From assembly GCF_009914755.1 (NCBI RefSeq), contig NC_060932.1: 64,000 bases of DNA; one strand, 5' to 3'. Each line of letters starts with the position of its first letter. Positions within the stretch are counted from its first letter, which is position 1. The DNA comes from the human T2T-CHM13v2.0 reference genome, Homo sapiens. Under the pieces are notes generated by a model that was not told the DNA's origin, did not search any database, and saw only the letters and a program-made list of their open reading frames with translations. The position numbers were made by a program, and so were the translations under genes. This document shows positions 25,731 to 41,260 of the stretch, one piece after another.

Positions 25731-27528
25731 ATCATGCTGTGCACTGAAGAATTTCCCTTTGTGTTTCTTCCAGTTCCGTTATTTTCTCTTCAGGTGTGTC
25801 TGCCCTTCTGTAATAGACTACAGTGGCTAGGACCCACCCATTGGGTCTTATATATTAATGTCTGTGGTTTTCATTTTAGAAAGTTAGAGTTTGTTTTTGG
25901 AGTCTGCTTTGCATTCTAATATTGAGTCTTTCTCTTTCTTTAAGGATTGTTTAACTTCATCTTTGTAACCACATTAAACACTTATTTACATCTGTGTTTA
26001 CATTGTTGTTTAAGCAGCTTAGGTCAAGTGTATTATTTCCCCCAAGAGTCTGTAATGCTTCAGGGCAAACTCATCTTAAATATGTGTGTGGTGGAGGGAA
26101 CATTTTTTCTATGAGGATCCCCCGAGGCATCACTGACATGAGACCATATTTTATGTTAACTTCTTAAACTGAAGTTTCTCACACAATGTAGAATTTGCAT
26201 TCCAACAAAAATTAAGCCCAAGTTTTAGATTTTTATGTAATAATTCTCCACACATAGTGTTCAGCAGAAACAAGCCACTTTGTTGTCTTCCTGGGCCAGT
26301 GGCTGATGATTTTTAGTCCTTAGAGTTGCAGCTTAATGCAAAAGTTTGAATTCCAATCCTCCACTTTTCTCAAGCCATGGACCTTAACTCCTAAGTTTCT
26401 CTGCAGGCACTAAAGCCAAATTCCTTGAAACTACAGGTCAGGCAGCAGCCCCATCCCAGCCTGTAATAGCGTTGGCACACGTGCTCACTGCTGTAGCCCT
26501 CAGCTCCTTCCTGGCTCCTGGCTGTGGCCATTGCCTAGCTCTCTTGTGTCCTCCATCATACATCTCAAGCATCTCTCCATGTTTGGAAGAGAAGCTTTCC
26601 TGCTCATTGCTAGAATCATGACTTCGTCACCTACATTTTATTAAGCAAAATAATATAAATATTTACATTAATTTTAATATAATTTTTGTAATGTATTTTT
26701 GTTAACTTCCTGAGTGAGACTGCCAATGTTGTCCGCTTATACACCTTTCTCTAACAACACTTAATATGAAATCGATTGCTGCATATCATGAGGGCTTCTT
26801 GCTAACTGAAGTTAAAGTTTTGTCAGAACAACTTCAGTATCATCAATACCTCTGTCGCTGATATAGTTGGAACTTTTTAATTGCCTTAAGAAGCAAAAAG
26901 AAAAAGATCAGTTTCTTGAAATAACTCTGGCTGTTTGGATCTGTACTTCTACAGTTAGAATTTCAGAGGAAAAACGTTCTGGTTCTGTTTACTTATGCTC
27001 TAATTGGAAACAATGGCAAGTGCATGATCAAGTGGAAAAGAGGAAAAGAGACAAAGGGAAGGGAGGATACAGAATTATGACATTATTAATATAGAAATAT
27101 TCCGTTTTTAAAATGTGTCAGCTCTCCAAAAAATTAATATGGGTCACAATACAGGATTAATGACCATACACATTAAATATGGAAACATCTGAAATTCTCT
27201 ATCTTTAATTTGGTCATGTCATTTGGTGTGCAGTGATATGGTTTCAATGTGTCTGTCAATGTAGAGCTTGAGTGATTTTTTTCATGAGATTTAATATCCT
27301 TAAAGTATATGCTATATTTTCATAGTATTTTTATATAGAGTTATTAGAATAATTTTTATCCAACTTCAAGTAGTCTCTACAAAAACAAGCAAATATTCTA
27401 AATGTAATTCAAAAAATCATTCAAATTTAGCAACTTTTGGTAGGTGACCATGTGTTGCTTGAACTGCGTTTCTATTATACAGACAGCATCAATTTTCAAA
27501 TGAGTCCATATATTTTGGATGGAGAATA

Positions 27529-27929
27529 TGTGACAGATTGAATTATTGGCCTGGTTCTTTACCACACTGAATACACATCCTTTACATCTAACTTTGAAGT
27601 TCTTCTCACTAGAGGTGGAAAATTCTTCCAACTTCACAAGGCTTGCTTTGGCCAAATGGATGTTGACAGAAGTAGCACAAGCAGAAACTGAAATGTGTCT
27701 GAAATGTTCTGCCATTGCCATAAGAATAATTTTCCCACTAACTTACTGTTCCTACAGGTCCATGGAGGATGAAGACACAGAGAGCTTTCTAGACAATCCC
27801 TGTAGCTCAAAGTTGGCCATAGACAGACTCATCTCCAGACATATGGTTCAGAGTAAATAATTATCATTTTAAGACAAAGTTATGGATTGGTTCCTTAATC
27901 CAAATAATTGCATCAATAGTTAAAATGCA
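27529..27929 (+). mobile_element. MLT1H-like MaLR LTR
   Basis: TGTGACAGATTGAATTATTGGCC start; CTTGCTTTGGCCAAATGGATGTTGACAGAAGT; CTGCCATTGCCATAAGAA. Confidence 0.7.
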
Positions 27930-28251
27930 TTCTTTTAAAATGCCTAAATAATTATTTTGACAGTTAATCAAATATATGTACCTAACATATTATTATTGAT
28001 TTTTCAACAACAAAGAAGTTGACATTTTTGAGATTCTTTTTACTATTCAATTAATATGAGATAGGGCACTAAACCTAACATACCCTGAAATTAGAGAGAC
28101 CACATAATATTTAATTTAAAAAGATTTCAATATAAAACTTGAAGCAGTTGAGTAGAAATTTATTCTGGCAATGGTAGCTGAAATAATTCAGATCTATCCT
28201 CTCGTTAAACACGATGAAAAATGCTGCATAAAATCACAGATAAAACCTTAT

Positions 28252-29135
28252 ACAAGAAAAAAATCTCATTAAAACCTGGGCAAAGGCCATGAAGAGACAC
28301 TTTTCAAAAGAAGACATACATGCAACCAACAATCATATGAAAAAAAGCTCAACATCACTGATCATTAGAGAAATGCAAATCAAAACCACAATGAGATAAT
28401 ATCTAACACCAAGTAGAATGGCTATTATTAAAAAGTCAAAAAATAGCAGATGTTGGCAAGGTTGTGGAGGAAAAGGAACATTTATACAATGTTGGTGAGA
28501 GTATAAATTAGTTCAGCCACTGTGGAAGACAGTGTGGCAACTCCTCAAAGATCTAAAGACAGAAATATCATTTGACCCAGCAATCCCATTACTGGGTATT
28601 TAACCAAAGGAATAGAAATCATTCTGTTATAAATACACATGCACACTTATGTTTATTGCAGCACTATTTACAATAGCAAAGACATGGAATCAGCCTAAAT
28701 CCCAATCAATGATGGATTGGATAAAGAAAGTCTGGTACATATATACCATGGAATACTATGCAGCCATAAAAAAGAATGAAATCATATCCTTGGCAGGGAC
28801 ATGGATGGAACTGGAGGCCATTATGCTTAGCAAACTAACACAGGGACAAATACCTCATGTTCTCACTTATAAGTGGAAGCTAAATGATGAGAACACATGG
28901 ACACATAGAGGGGAATAACACACACTGGGGCCTTTTAAAAGGTAGATGGTATAGGGTGACAGGAGGGAGAGGATCGAGAAAAACAACTAATGGGTACTAG
29001 GCTTAATACTTGGCCGATGAAATAATCTGTACAATACACCTCCATGGCACAAGTATACCTAAACCAGCACAAGTAACAAACCTGCACTTGTAGCCAGAAC
29101 TTAAAATAAAAATTAAAAATAAATAAATAACTTAA
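28252..29135 (+). mobile_element. 5'-truncated L1PA13-like element (ORF2 C-terminus and 3' UTR)
   Basis: ORF 28649-28918 MFIAALFTIAKTWNQPK...EYYAAIKKNE is the L1 ORF2 C-terminus; AATAAA and A-tail; possible TSD AAAAC(G)CTTAT. Confidence 0.92.
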
Positions 29136-29775
29136 AAAAACGCTTATTAAATGTTTCTTAAAACTTCTAAAAAGCTACCAAGCTAATGAGAAATTATGAG
29201 ACCAAAATCTGTAGAAAGACAGGTCCCTGAGTTTTAAGACCAGGTTCAAAAGTGCTGTGATCCAAAGCCATTTGCTAATCCAAAAGAAACAGATGAAATA
29301 TATCAATAAATGGGTGTCCACATGGAGAAAAAAGAAAATCCATACCTTATATTGTATGCATAAATCACTTGCATATAGATTAAAAACCTAAAAAACACAG
29401 TCCAAAAGTTAAAATTAATGTAGAAGCATATCTTTATATATTGAGGGGTAGATAAGTGACCGAGAGACTCGAGGAATTGCTTAACCAAAGAGGGAAGCCA
29501 AATGGTAACTAAAAGTAGTGAAAAGTGTATCATCTCATTACTATTCAGAGAAATAAATGCACATTAGGCCACACTGAGACATGATTACATGGTCACTAGA
29601 TGGTCTAAAATTTAAAGTCTGGCAATACTAACACTCAGTAATGATGATGGTATGGAGTAAAGGATTATCATATATACCTACTGAAAACCCAATTTTTCAT
29701 TACCTAACAAGCTTAAGATACACAAACCTATGGTCCCTAAATTTCAATCTTGGGAATATGTTAGAGAGAAACAAA

Positions 29776-30410
29776 TGTAGTTGTAGTTATGTATTGCTGC
29801 ATAAAATGTATCTCCTAAGCTAGAAGCTTAAAAGAACACACAGTGATTATCTCACACAGTTTCTTATGGTGAAGGACTCTGGGAAAAATTTAGTTGCATT
29901 GTTCTGGCTCAAGATTTTCCATGAGTTATAGTCCAGCTTTCAGGCCAGGACTGCACTCATGTCAAGGGGTGAATGAAAAAATCTGCTTCCAAGCCTATTA
30001 GTGTATTTATTGGGTTGAGTTGGGAGGGGCTTGGCTCCTCAGTAGCTGTTGCCCAGAGGCCTCTGTTCTCTGCCACATGGGTCTCTCCATAGGTTTGCTT
30101 ACAACACGGCAGCTGCTTTCCGCAGAATAAGATATTTGACAGGAAAAGAAAGAAAGAAGGAGGAGAGAGAAAAATAAAGGCAGAGAAACAGACAGAGACA
30201 GACAGAGAGGCAGAGCAGGTGAGCTGGTGAGTGAGGAAGCAAATGCCCAAAACGGAACTGCAGACTTTTATACCTAATCTTTGAAGTGCCGTCCCATCAC
30301 TTGTATCACCTGCTCTTGCAGACCAACTTTGATATGATACATGGTGAGAGAGAACTACAGACTACACAAAGATGTGAAGACTGAGAGGCTGGGGTCTTTG
30401 GAGACTAAGC
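29776..30410 (-). mobile_element. MLT1F-like MaLR LTR
   Basis: GTTATGTATTGCTGCATAAAA..., TCTCTGCCACATGGGTCTCTCCATAGG and ACAAAGATGTGAAGACTGAGAGGCTGGGGTC are typical of the MLT1F reverse strand. Confidence 0.78.
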
Positions 30411-30647
30411 AATGAGCCCCAGGCAATATATACATGGAACTTCCAAAAACACGTTGTTTACAATAGCCCCAAACAGAAAAAAGCCCAGATGTTCATCAAC
30501 GCTAGGAAGAAAAAATAACCTTTGGTGTATTCATAAACTGGAATATTATATTGCTATAAGGAAAAATAAGTGATAGCCACAACATAGGGGTAACTCTTGC
30601 ATATATAATGTAAAGTGAAAAGAATAAGACAGTAAAGAATAATTATA

Positions 30648-32732
30648 CTGCCATACTTTGGAAATATTGTGGGTTCAGTCCCAGGCCACTTCAATAAAGC
30701 AAATATTGCAACAAAATTAGTCCACATTTTTAAATTTCCCAGTGCAGATAAAAGTTATGTTTACGCTATACTGTTAAGTGTAAAATAATATCATATTTGA
30801 TACATGCACATACCATGATTAAATACTTTGTTGCTAAAAATGCTAATGATCCCCTGAGCCTTCAGCAAGTTGTAATCTTTTTGCTGGTGGAGAGTCTTCC
30901 TTCAATGTTGATGGCCACTGATTGATCAGGATGGTGACTGCTGAAGCTTGGGGTGGCTGTGGCAAATTCTCAGAATAAGATAATAATGAAGTTTGTTGTA
31001 TCAATTAACTCTTCCTTTTATGAAAGATTACTCCATAGGATGAAATGATATTTGATAGCATTTTAACCACAGTAGAACTTATTTCAAAGTTGGAATCAGT
31101 CCTCTCAAACACTGCTGCTGCATTATCAACTAAGTTTATGTCATAGCCTAAATCCTTTGTTGTCATTTTAACAATATTCACAGTATCTTCCCCAGGAGTA
31201 GATTTCCTCTCAAAAACCACTTCCTTTGCTGATTCATAAGAAGCAACTTCTCATCTGTTCAAGTTTATTATGAGATTGCAGCAATTCAGCAATGTCTTCA
31301 GGTTCCCTTTCTAATTCTAGTTTTCTTGTTATTTCTACCACTTGTGCAAGTACTTCCTCCACTGAAGTCTTGAACCTCTCAAAGTCATTCATAAATGTTG
31401 AAGTCAACTTCTTCCAAACTCCTGTTAATGTTGATATTTTTACCTCATTTGATGAATCATAAATGTTCTTAATCACATTGAGAATAGTGAATCATCTCTA
31501 GAAGATTTTCAACTTACTTTGCTCAGATCCATCAGAGGAATCACTATGTCTGGCAGTTATTGCCTTATAAAATGTGTTTCTGAAATAATAAGACTTAAAA
31601 TTACCCCTTGATCTCTGAACTGCAGAAAGGTTGTTGTGTTAGCAAACATGAAAACATTAACCTCCTTGTACATCTCCATCAGAGGTCTTGGGTGACCAGG
31701 AGCATTGTTAATGAGCAGTTATCTTTTGAAAAGAATATTTTTTTTCTAAGGAGTGGGTCTCAACGGTGAACTGAAAATACTCATTAAGCCATCCAGTAAA
31801 CAGATGTGCTGTCATCAGGCTTTGTTATTCCATTTCTAGAGCACAGGCATAGTAGACTTAGCATAATACTTTAAGGCGCTGGGATTTTCAGAATGGTAAA
31901 TGAGCACTGATTTCAATGTAAAGTCAGCAACTGCATTAGTCCCTAACAAGAAAGTCATCATCTCCTTCCAAGTTTTAAAGTCAGGCATTGACTTCTCCTT
32001 CTTAGCCATGGATGTTCTATTTGGCATCTTCTTTCAACAGAAGGCCGTTTTGTTTACACCGAAAATCTGTTGTTGAGTGTAGCTACCTTCATCGATGATC
32101 TTAGCTAGATTCTCCGGGTAACTTGCTGCTGCTTCCACATCAGCACTTGCGATTTCACATCTCACTTTCGTTTTATGGAGATGGCTTCTTTCCTTAATCC
32201 TCATAATCAACCTCTGCTAGGTTCGAACATTTCTTCTACAGCTTCCTCACTTCTCTCCGCCTTCATAGAACTGAAAAGAGTGAGGGCCTTGCTCTGGATT
32301 AGGCTTTGATTTACTGGAATGTTGTGGCTGATTTGATCTTTGATCTAGACCGCTAAAACTTTCTCCATATCAGCAATAAGCCTGCTTCACTTTCTTATCA
32401 TTCATGTGTTCAATGGAGTAGCACTTTTAATTTCCTTCAAGAACTCTCCTTTGTGAAGTTTCCTTGACTACTTTGTTAACTGACACAAGTCAGCCTATCT
32501 CAGCTTTCGACATGCCTTCCTCACTAGGCATACACATTTCTAGCTTTTGATTTAAAGTGAGAAACATTCAACTCTTCCTTTCACTTGAATACTTGGAGGC
32601 CACGGGCGGGTTATTATAAGTTGGCCTAATTTCATTATTTTTCTTCAGGGATTGTCTCAGGGCATAGGAAGATCTGAGGAGAAGGAGAGATGGGGGAATA
32701 GCTGGTAGGTAGAGCAGTCAGAACACACACAA
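30648..32732 (-). mobile_element. Tigger1 (TcMar-Tigger) DNA transposon fossil, one end missing
   Basis: TA followed by a degenerate TIR CTGCCATACTTTGGAAATATTGTGGGTTCAG; body matches Tigger1; the other TIR is absent. Confidence 0.93.
31234..32603 (-). pseudogene. Disrupted Tigger1 pogo-like DDE transposase
   Basis: Fragments MPNRTSMAKKEKSMPDFK...LIYHSENPSALKYYAKSTMPVL and ...[14 protein letters not shown]...[12 protein letters not shown]; start codon lost; multiple stops. Confidence 0.85.
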
Positions 32733-34386
32733 TATATATAATTTTGTCATAATTAACACCATTATATATGCATTGGAGAGAAAATAAGTAAAGCTAGAAG
32801 TTAATTATAACAAAATTCAAGGTATAAGTTATATCTAGTGGGGTGGAGGAGAATGTGTTTGAACAAGAAACTGGAGGTTTCTGGAGTACTGGAAATGTCT
32901 TTTCTTAACCTGGGTGAGTCCTCCATTGAATGTTTCCTGTGTAATTACTCACTATACTCTGTATTTATATTTTTGCATTTTTCTTTATGTATTTATAATC
33001 ATGTCGAAACATTTAAAGGTTATAAAAAGTTTAACTAGCTTAAGTGAAAATCCATCCTATATGCATTACCATATTCTTAAATCTGACTTAATAATTGCTT
33101 AGAAATAAGCTCCTTAAATATTATAACATAAATGTAAAGATTCCCAGTGAAACAAAAATGTCTCATTGTCAAAGTTGATGACCACTGCCCCTGTTCTATG
33201 CCAATGTTCTTTAAGTTCAAAGGCATTGTCAAATATTTCTTAAATGTTGCACAATGGTCTCAGGGCTTCCATACACGATATGGATATTCAGAAAATATTA
33301 GAACAGAAAAGGGGAGCAGGAAAAGAAAGAAGAGAGTGGAAGATGAAAGAGAGGGATCCGAGATCAAGGCTTTTTCTATGTCGACAAATAGACTTAAGTA
33401 TCATCTTGCTAGTTTAACCAGTGTTAGTTATCCAGAAATATAATCGAGTGCTTCCAAAAATACATGGGAAAATGCTTGGCAAGTTATGTTTCCATACAAA
33501 TATTATAGTCATTGGTCCAATATTTTTAGTAATGTATTTTGAATGAACAAATACCAAGTCATTTGAAAGAATTTTTATAATAATTTCTAAAAAAAATAAG
33601 ACTATCATTTATACGTTACATTTTCCAATACATTCCACATTTTCCAGTACTATGTAATTTTATAGATAATGTTAATGTATGAACATTTGAAAAAGTGGAA
33701 ATCAACATTTTCATCAACTAATGCTGAATTCAAAGGACATTGTTGTATTTCATCAGACTCAAAAGTCTAGGTCAGTGATTCATCAGATCCACTCTCCTGA
33801 ATTGCTCTCCCCAGTTGACATCCCCAACACTGATGGTCATTGTGCAGGCCGAAATCTGAGCATTAACACAGCACCAAGTCTGGGCCACCGGGCTTCCAGA
33901 AAAAAGCAGCATGTTCACCTGAAACCTTCGAATGGCTTTGTTTTGAAATAATACAATACAGTTTCAATAGTGTTTGGAACAACTTCATGCATACAGATCT
34001 GAAATAAACACCTAGCCATTAAGATTTTGAAAGTTATGATCTGAAATGTCATGGAGGGCATTACCATCACATCATCTGGGGGCTCCTGATCACTGCACCC
34101 TCCTCCCTTCTAACACCATCTCTGGAAGGGATGAACTTCTTTACAGTCTTCATTATTTGTAGGTAAATACACAAATTTTTTGTACAGCATGTTAAATGCA
34201 GTCAATTATATGTAGCACAAAATGCAACTCATACAAGCACTCCTTCTGAGGCAATGTATATTATTACATGCATTGAATATAAACTTTAAGTAATAGTTCT
34301 AAGAAGGCAATAGCTAAAACAAAGTAAGTCACTTTCACTAACCCTCTCTGTGGCCCTCTGACCTGTTTCCCATGCAAATTCTTTGT

Positions 34387-34472
34387 GAACTCTCCTTTGT
34401 GAAGTTACCTTGACTACTTGGTTAACTGACACAAGTCAGCCTATCTCAGCTCTCGACATGCCTTCCTCACTA
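34387..34472 (+). repeat. 86-bp dispersed direct copy of 32441-32526 (Tigger1-derived)
   Basis: 83/86 identical by manual alignment. Confidence 0.95.
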
Positions 34473-35966
34473 AAGGAACATTCTGTAACACCAATGCTTG
34501 CATTGGTTTTGGCAATTTATATGCAGGCATGCCTGTCCTCTGCTGCTTTTGAAGTTTGTTTTTGCATCATTTTTTTTTTCCTTCAGTTCTAAATTGAGCA
34601 TGAATGAAAAACATATCTAGTGTAAATGCAACAGAAAATATACTGCTCTTCACACCCTCCTGAGTCCTAAGTTTCCAGCTTGCTGAAAAATATCAATATA
34701 TACCTCATTTGCAGCTCTCTCTGCCCTGGCTCCACAAGCCTTACTGTGCATCCCTCTCTATTCCAAGTAGCTACTCTAAAACCCCAATGTGCATCACCAG
34801 CCTGATAATGGAAAAACATAGACACATATTTTGAAAGAGATTTTTATTTCATTGTTCACTTTCCACACTGTGCACAGTTTTCGCTTGTAATTTCTACTTC
34901 CTGCTTAAAAAGGACTTTCTCTGAGGTAGGGTAATGGTTGTTATCCAGCTCCACATAGGCAGATCCATGGGGAGATTCTTGGCAAATTATTCTTTTTCGG
35001 GGTATGAATGATCCACTTCAGAGCGTTAGAGGAATAACACTTGCGTAATTGCAACCTCACTTCTTAAAATCTAGATCTTGCTGCAAGTGAGCATATCAAA
35101 GAACTGTGTTCCCTATGAAAATTTTGATCTATATAAAAATCATGCCATCGTTAAAATTGAGATGGAGCAGTGTTATCATTCATCTCTTGAGATTTAAATA
35201 TAACAAAAGTCACCTTTACCTTTTTTGGAATTACGACCTATAGGGACACATCACATAGTTATTGCATTGTTTCTGTCTAACTCAATATTAACTGTGAATT
35301 TTGTGGAAATTAAAATTAGAACAGGGTGAACTAGTTGAAGTCCTAAAAGACTATATTGATAGTTCGGCTTCCATAGAATGTGCACATTTACCTTCCAGAA
35401 AACAGCAGGATGCTCCTCTACTACATTTCCTCTTCTTTACTTTGCTCAGCTTTCCAGGAAGCTGAAGGTTCAAAGTGGATCTAAAGGTAGACAAAGATGT
35501 ATGTGAAAGTAGCAAATAGAGTGAGACAGTTGAATGAGATGGAGCAGACGTCAGCAGCCAGACACACATTTGAGGATGAGCCTAGAGCTCTTCCACCACC
35601 CCTTTCCCAAAACAAGATACTGAAAACAGAAACACTTTGCAGCTGTGCTCATCATGGTCAGACAGACTCTCCAGGAATATCATGAATATGGTGGCAGCGC
35701 TGGTGGGAGGATCCCACAGTAGGGGCCTCACATAGACAAACAACATGACTTGAAATTGGGATCTGCAGGTCACAGGCACCCCATAGCCACCCTCACAGTA
35801 TCTTAGCTTCTTGGACAAAACCTCAATCAGTCATTGAATTTTCCTGAAGTAAGAGGCTCCTCTGATGTATATTCCAGAGCCTGCAGAGGTCAGTCAGGCA
35901 GGCAGGAGGTTGAGGGCGTTTTAGAGCAGGGCAGGGTGGAGCACACACTCATAAGACCAGACAATA

Positions 35967-36294
35967 TGTCAGAGAGAAGCAGAACCAGATGCTAGCTAAA
36001 GGCGGTAAGGCAGGTTTCATTCAGTGTGGCTGCATCAGGGGAAAGAAACTAGTGTGACATAAGCATTACTCACAAAACAAAAACCGCAGGCCATGTGACC
36101 CAGCAGTGTGCCAAAAGAAAAAACAGAAGGACATTAAGGGGTGAGGCTGGGCCAGCTGTGTCAGTTAGCTGGCCTTAGGGAAGTCAGGCCCCCACCACCC
36201 TCAGACACAGGGAGACCCCGGCCCTAGCCTTCCCACAAGAAAGACATTCCTGGCTTGCGGAAGACACACAGATGTCTCAAAATGACAGAGAAAA
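35967..36294 (-). mobile_element. Truncated MER67A/B-like ERV1 LTR
   Basis: TGTCAGAGAGAAGCAGAACCAGATGCTAGCTAAAGGCGGTAAGG terminus and AGAAAGACATTCCTGG...TCTCAAAATGACAGAGAAA; ends abruptly at the L1. Confidence 0.65.
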
Positions 36295-36354
36295 ACCCCA
36301 CAACAGGCCCCTGTGTGTGATGTTCCCCTTCCTGCGTTCATGTGTTCTCATTGT

Positions 36355-40184
<3,830 letters not shown>

Positions 40185-40247
40185 TATGATGTTAGCTGGT
40201 TATTTTGGTCGTTAGTTGATGCAGTTTCTTCCTAGCCTTGATGGTCT

Positions 40248-41260
40248 TTACAATTTGGCATGATTTTGCAGTGGCTTGTACCAGTTGTTCCTTTCCATGT
40301 TTAGCGCTTCCTTCAGGAGCTCTTTTAGGGCAGGCCTGGTGGTGACAAAATCTCTCAGCATTTGCTTGTCTGTAAAGTATTTTATTTCTCCTTCACTTAT
40401 GAAGCTTAGTTTGGCTGGATATGAAATTCTGGGTTGAAAATTCTTTTCTTTAAGAATGTCGAATATTGGCCCCCACTCTCTTCTGGCTTGTAGAGTTTCT
40501 GCCGAGAGATCAGCTGTTAGTCTGATTGGCTTCCCTTTGTGGGTAACCCGACCTTTCTCTCTGGCTGCCCTTAAAATTTTTTCCTTCATTTCAACTTTGG
40601 TGAATCTGACAATTATGTGTCTTGGAGTTGCTCTTCTCGAGGAGTATCTTTGTGGCATTCTCTGTTTTTCCTGAATTTGAATGTTGGCCTGCCTTGCTAG
40701 ATTGGGGAAGTTCTCCTGGATAATATCCTGCAGAGTGTTTTCCAACTTGTCTCCATTTTCCCCGTCACTTTCAGGTAAACCAAGGAGATGTAGATTTGAT
40801 CTTTTCATGTAGTCCCATATTTCTTGGAGGCTTTGTTTGTTTTTATTCTTTTTTCTCTAATCTTCTCTTCTCACTTCATTTCTTTCATTTCGTCTTCCAT
40901 TGCTGATACGCTTTCTTCCAGTTGATCGCATTGATTACTGAGGCTTGTGCATGCATCCTGTAGTTGTCATGCCTTGGTTTTCAGCTCCATCAGTTCCTTT
41001 AAGGGCTTCTCTGCTTTGGTTATTCTAGTTATCCATTCATCTAATTTGTTTTCAAAATTTTTAACTTCTTTGCCATTGGTTCGAACTTACTCCTTTAGCT
41101 CGCAGTAGTTTGATCTTCTGAAGCCTTCCTCTCTCAAATCGTCAAAGCCATTTTCCGTCCAACTTTGTTCCATTGCTGGTGAGGAGATGCATTCCTTTGG
41201 AGGAGGAGAGGCACTCTGATTTTTAGAGTTTCCGGTTTTTCTGCTTTGTTTTTTCCCCAT
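40248..41260 (-). pseudogene. L1 ORF1 (RNA-binding protein), disrupted in the N-terminal half
   Basis: ATG at 41260; intact C-terminal 186 aa (RRATPRHIIVRF, ARREW, YPAKLSF); frame broken upstream. Confidence 0.93.

Larger units (their letters stand above)
29300..33010 (+). mobile_element. Ancient L1ME 3' region in three pieces (about 29300-29775, 30415-30645, 32745-33010), split by MLT1F and Tigger1
   Basis: Colinear L1ME ORF2-end/3' UTR motifs: TTGTTTACAATAGCCCCAAACAGAAAAAAGCCCAGATGTTCATCAAC and TTCTGGAGTACTGGAAATGTCTTTTCTTAACCTGGGTG. Confidence 0.65.

Noticed and set aside
25735-26630. Possible ancient HAL1/L1ME 5' fragment (a similar weak signal at about 1150-1500)
   Set aside because: Too diverged to support by eye; needs a Dfam nhmmer search
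31005-32027. Domesticated TIGD-like transposase gene
   Set aside because: Only short fragments in different frames; start codon lost; ordinary Tigger1 fossil
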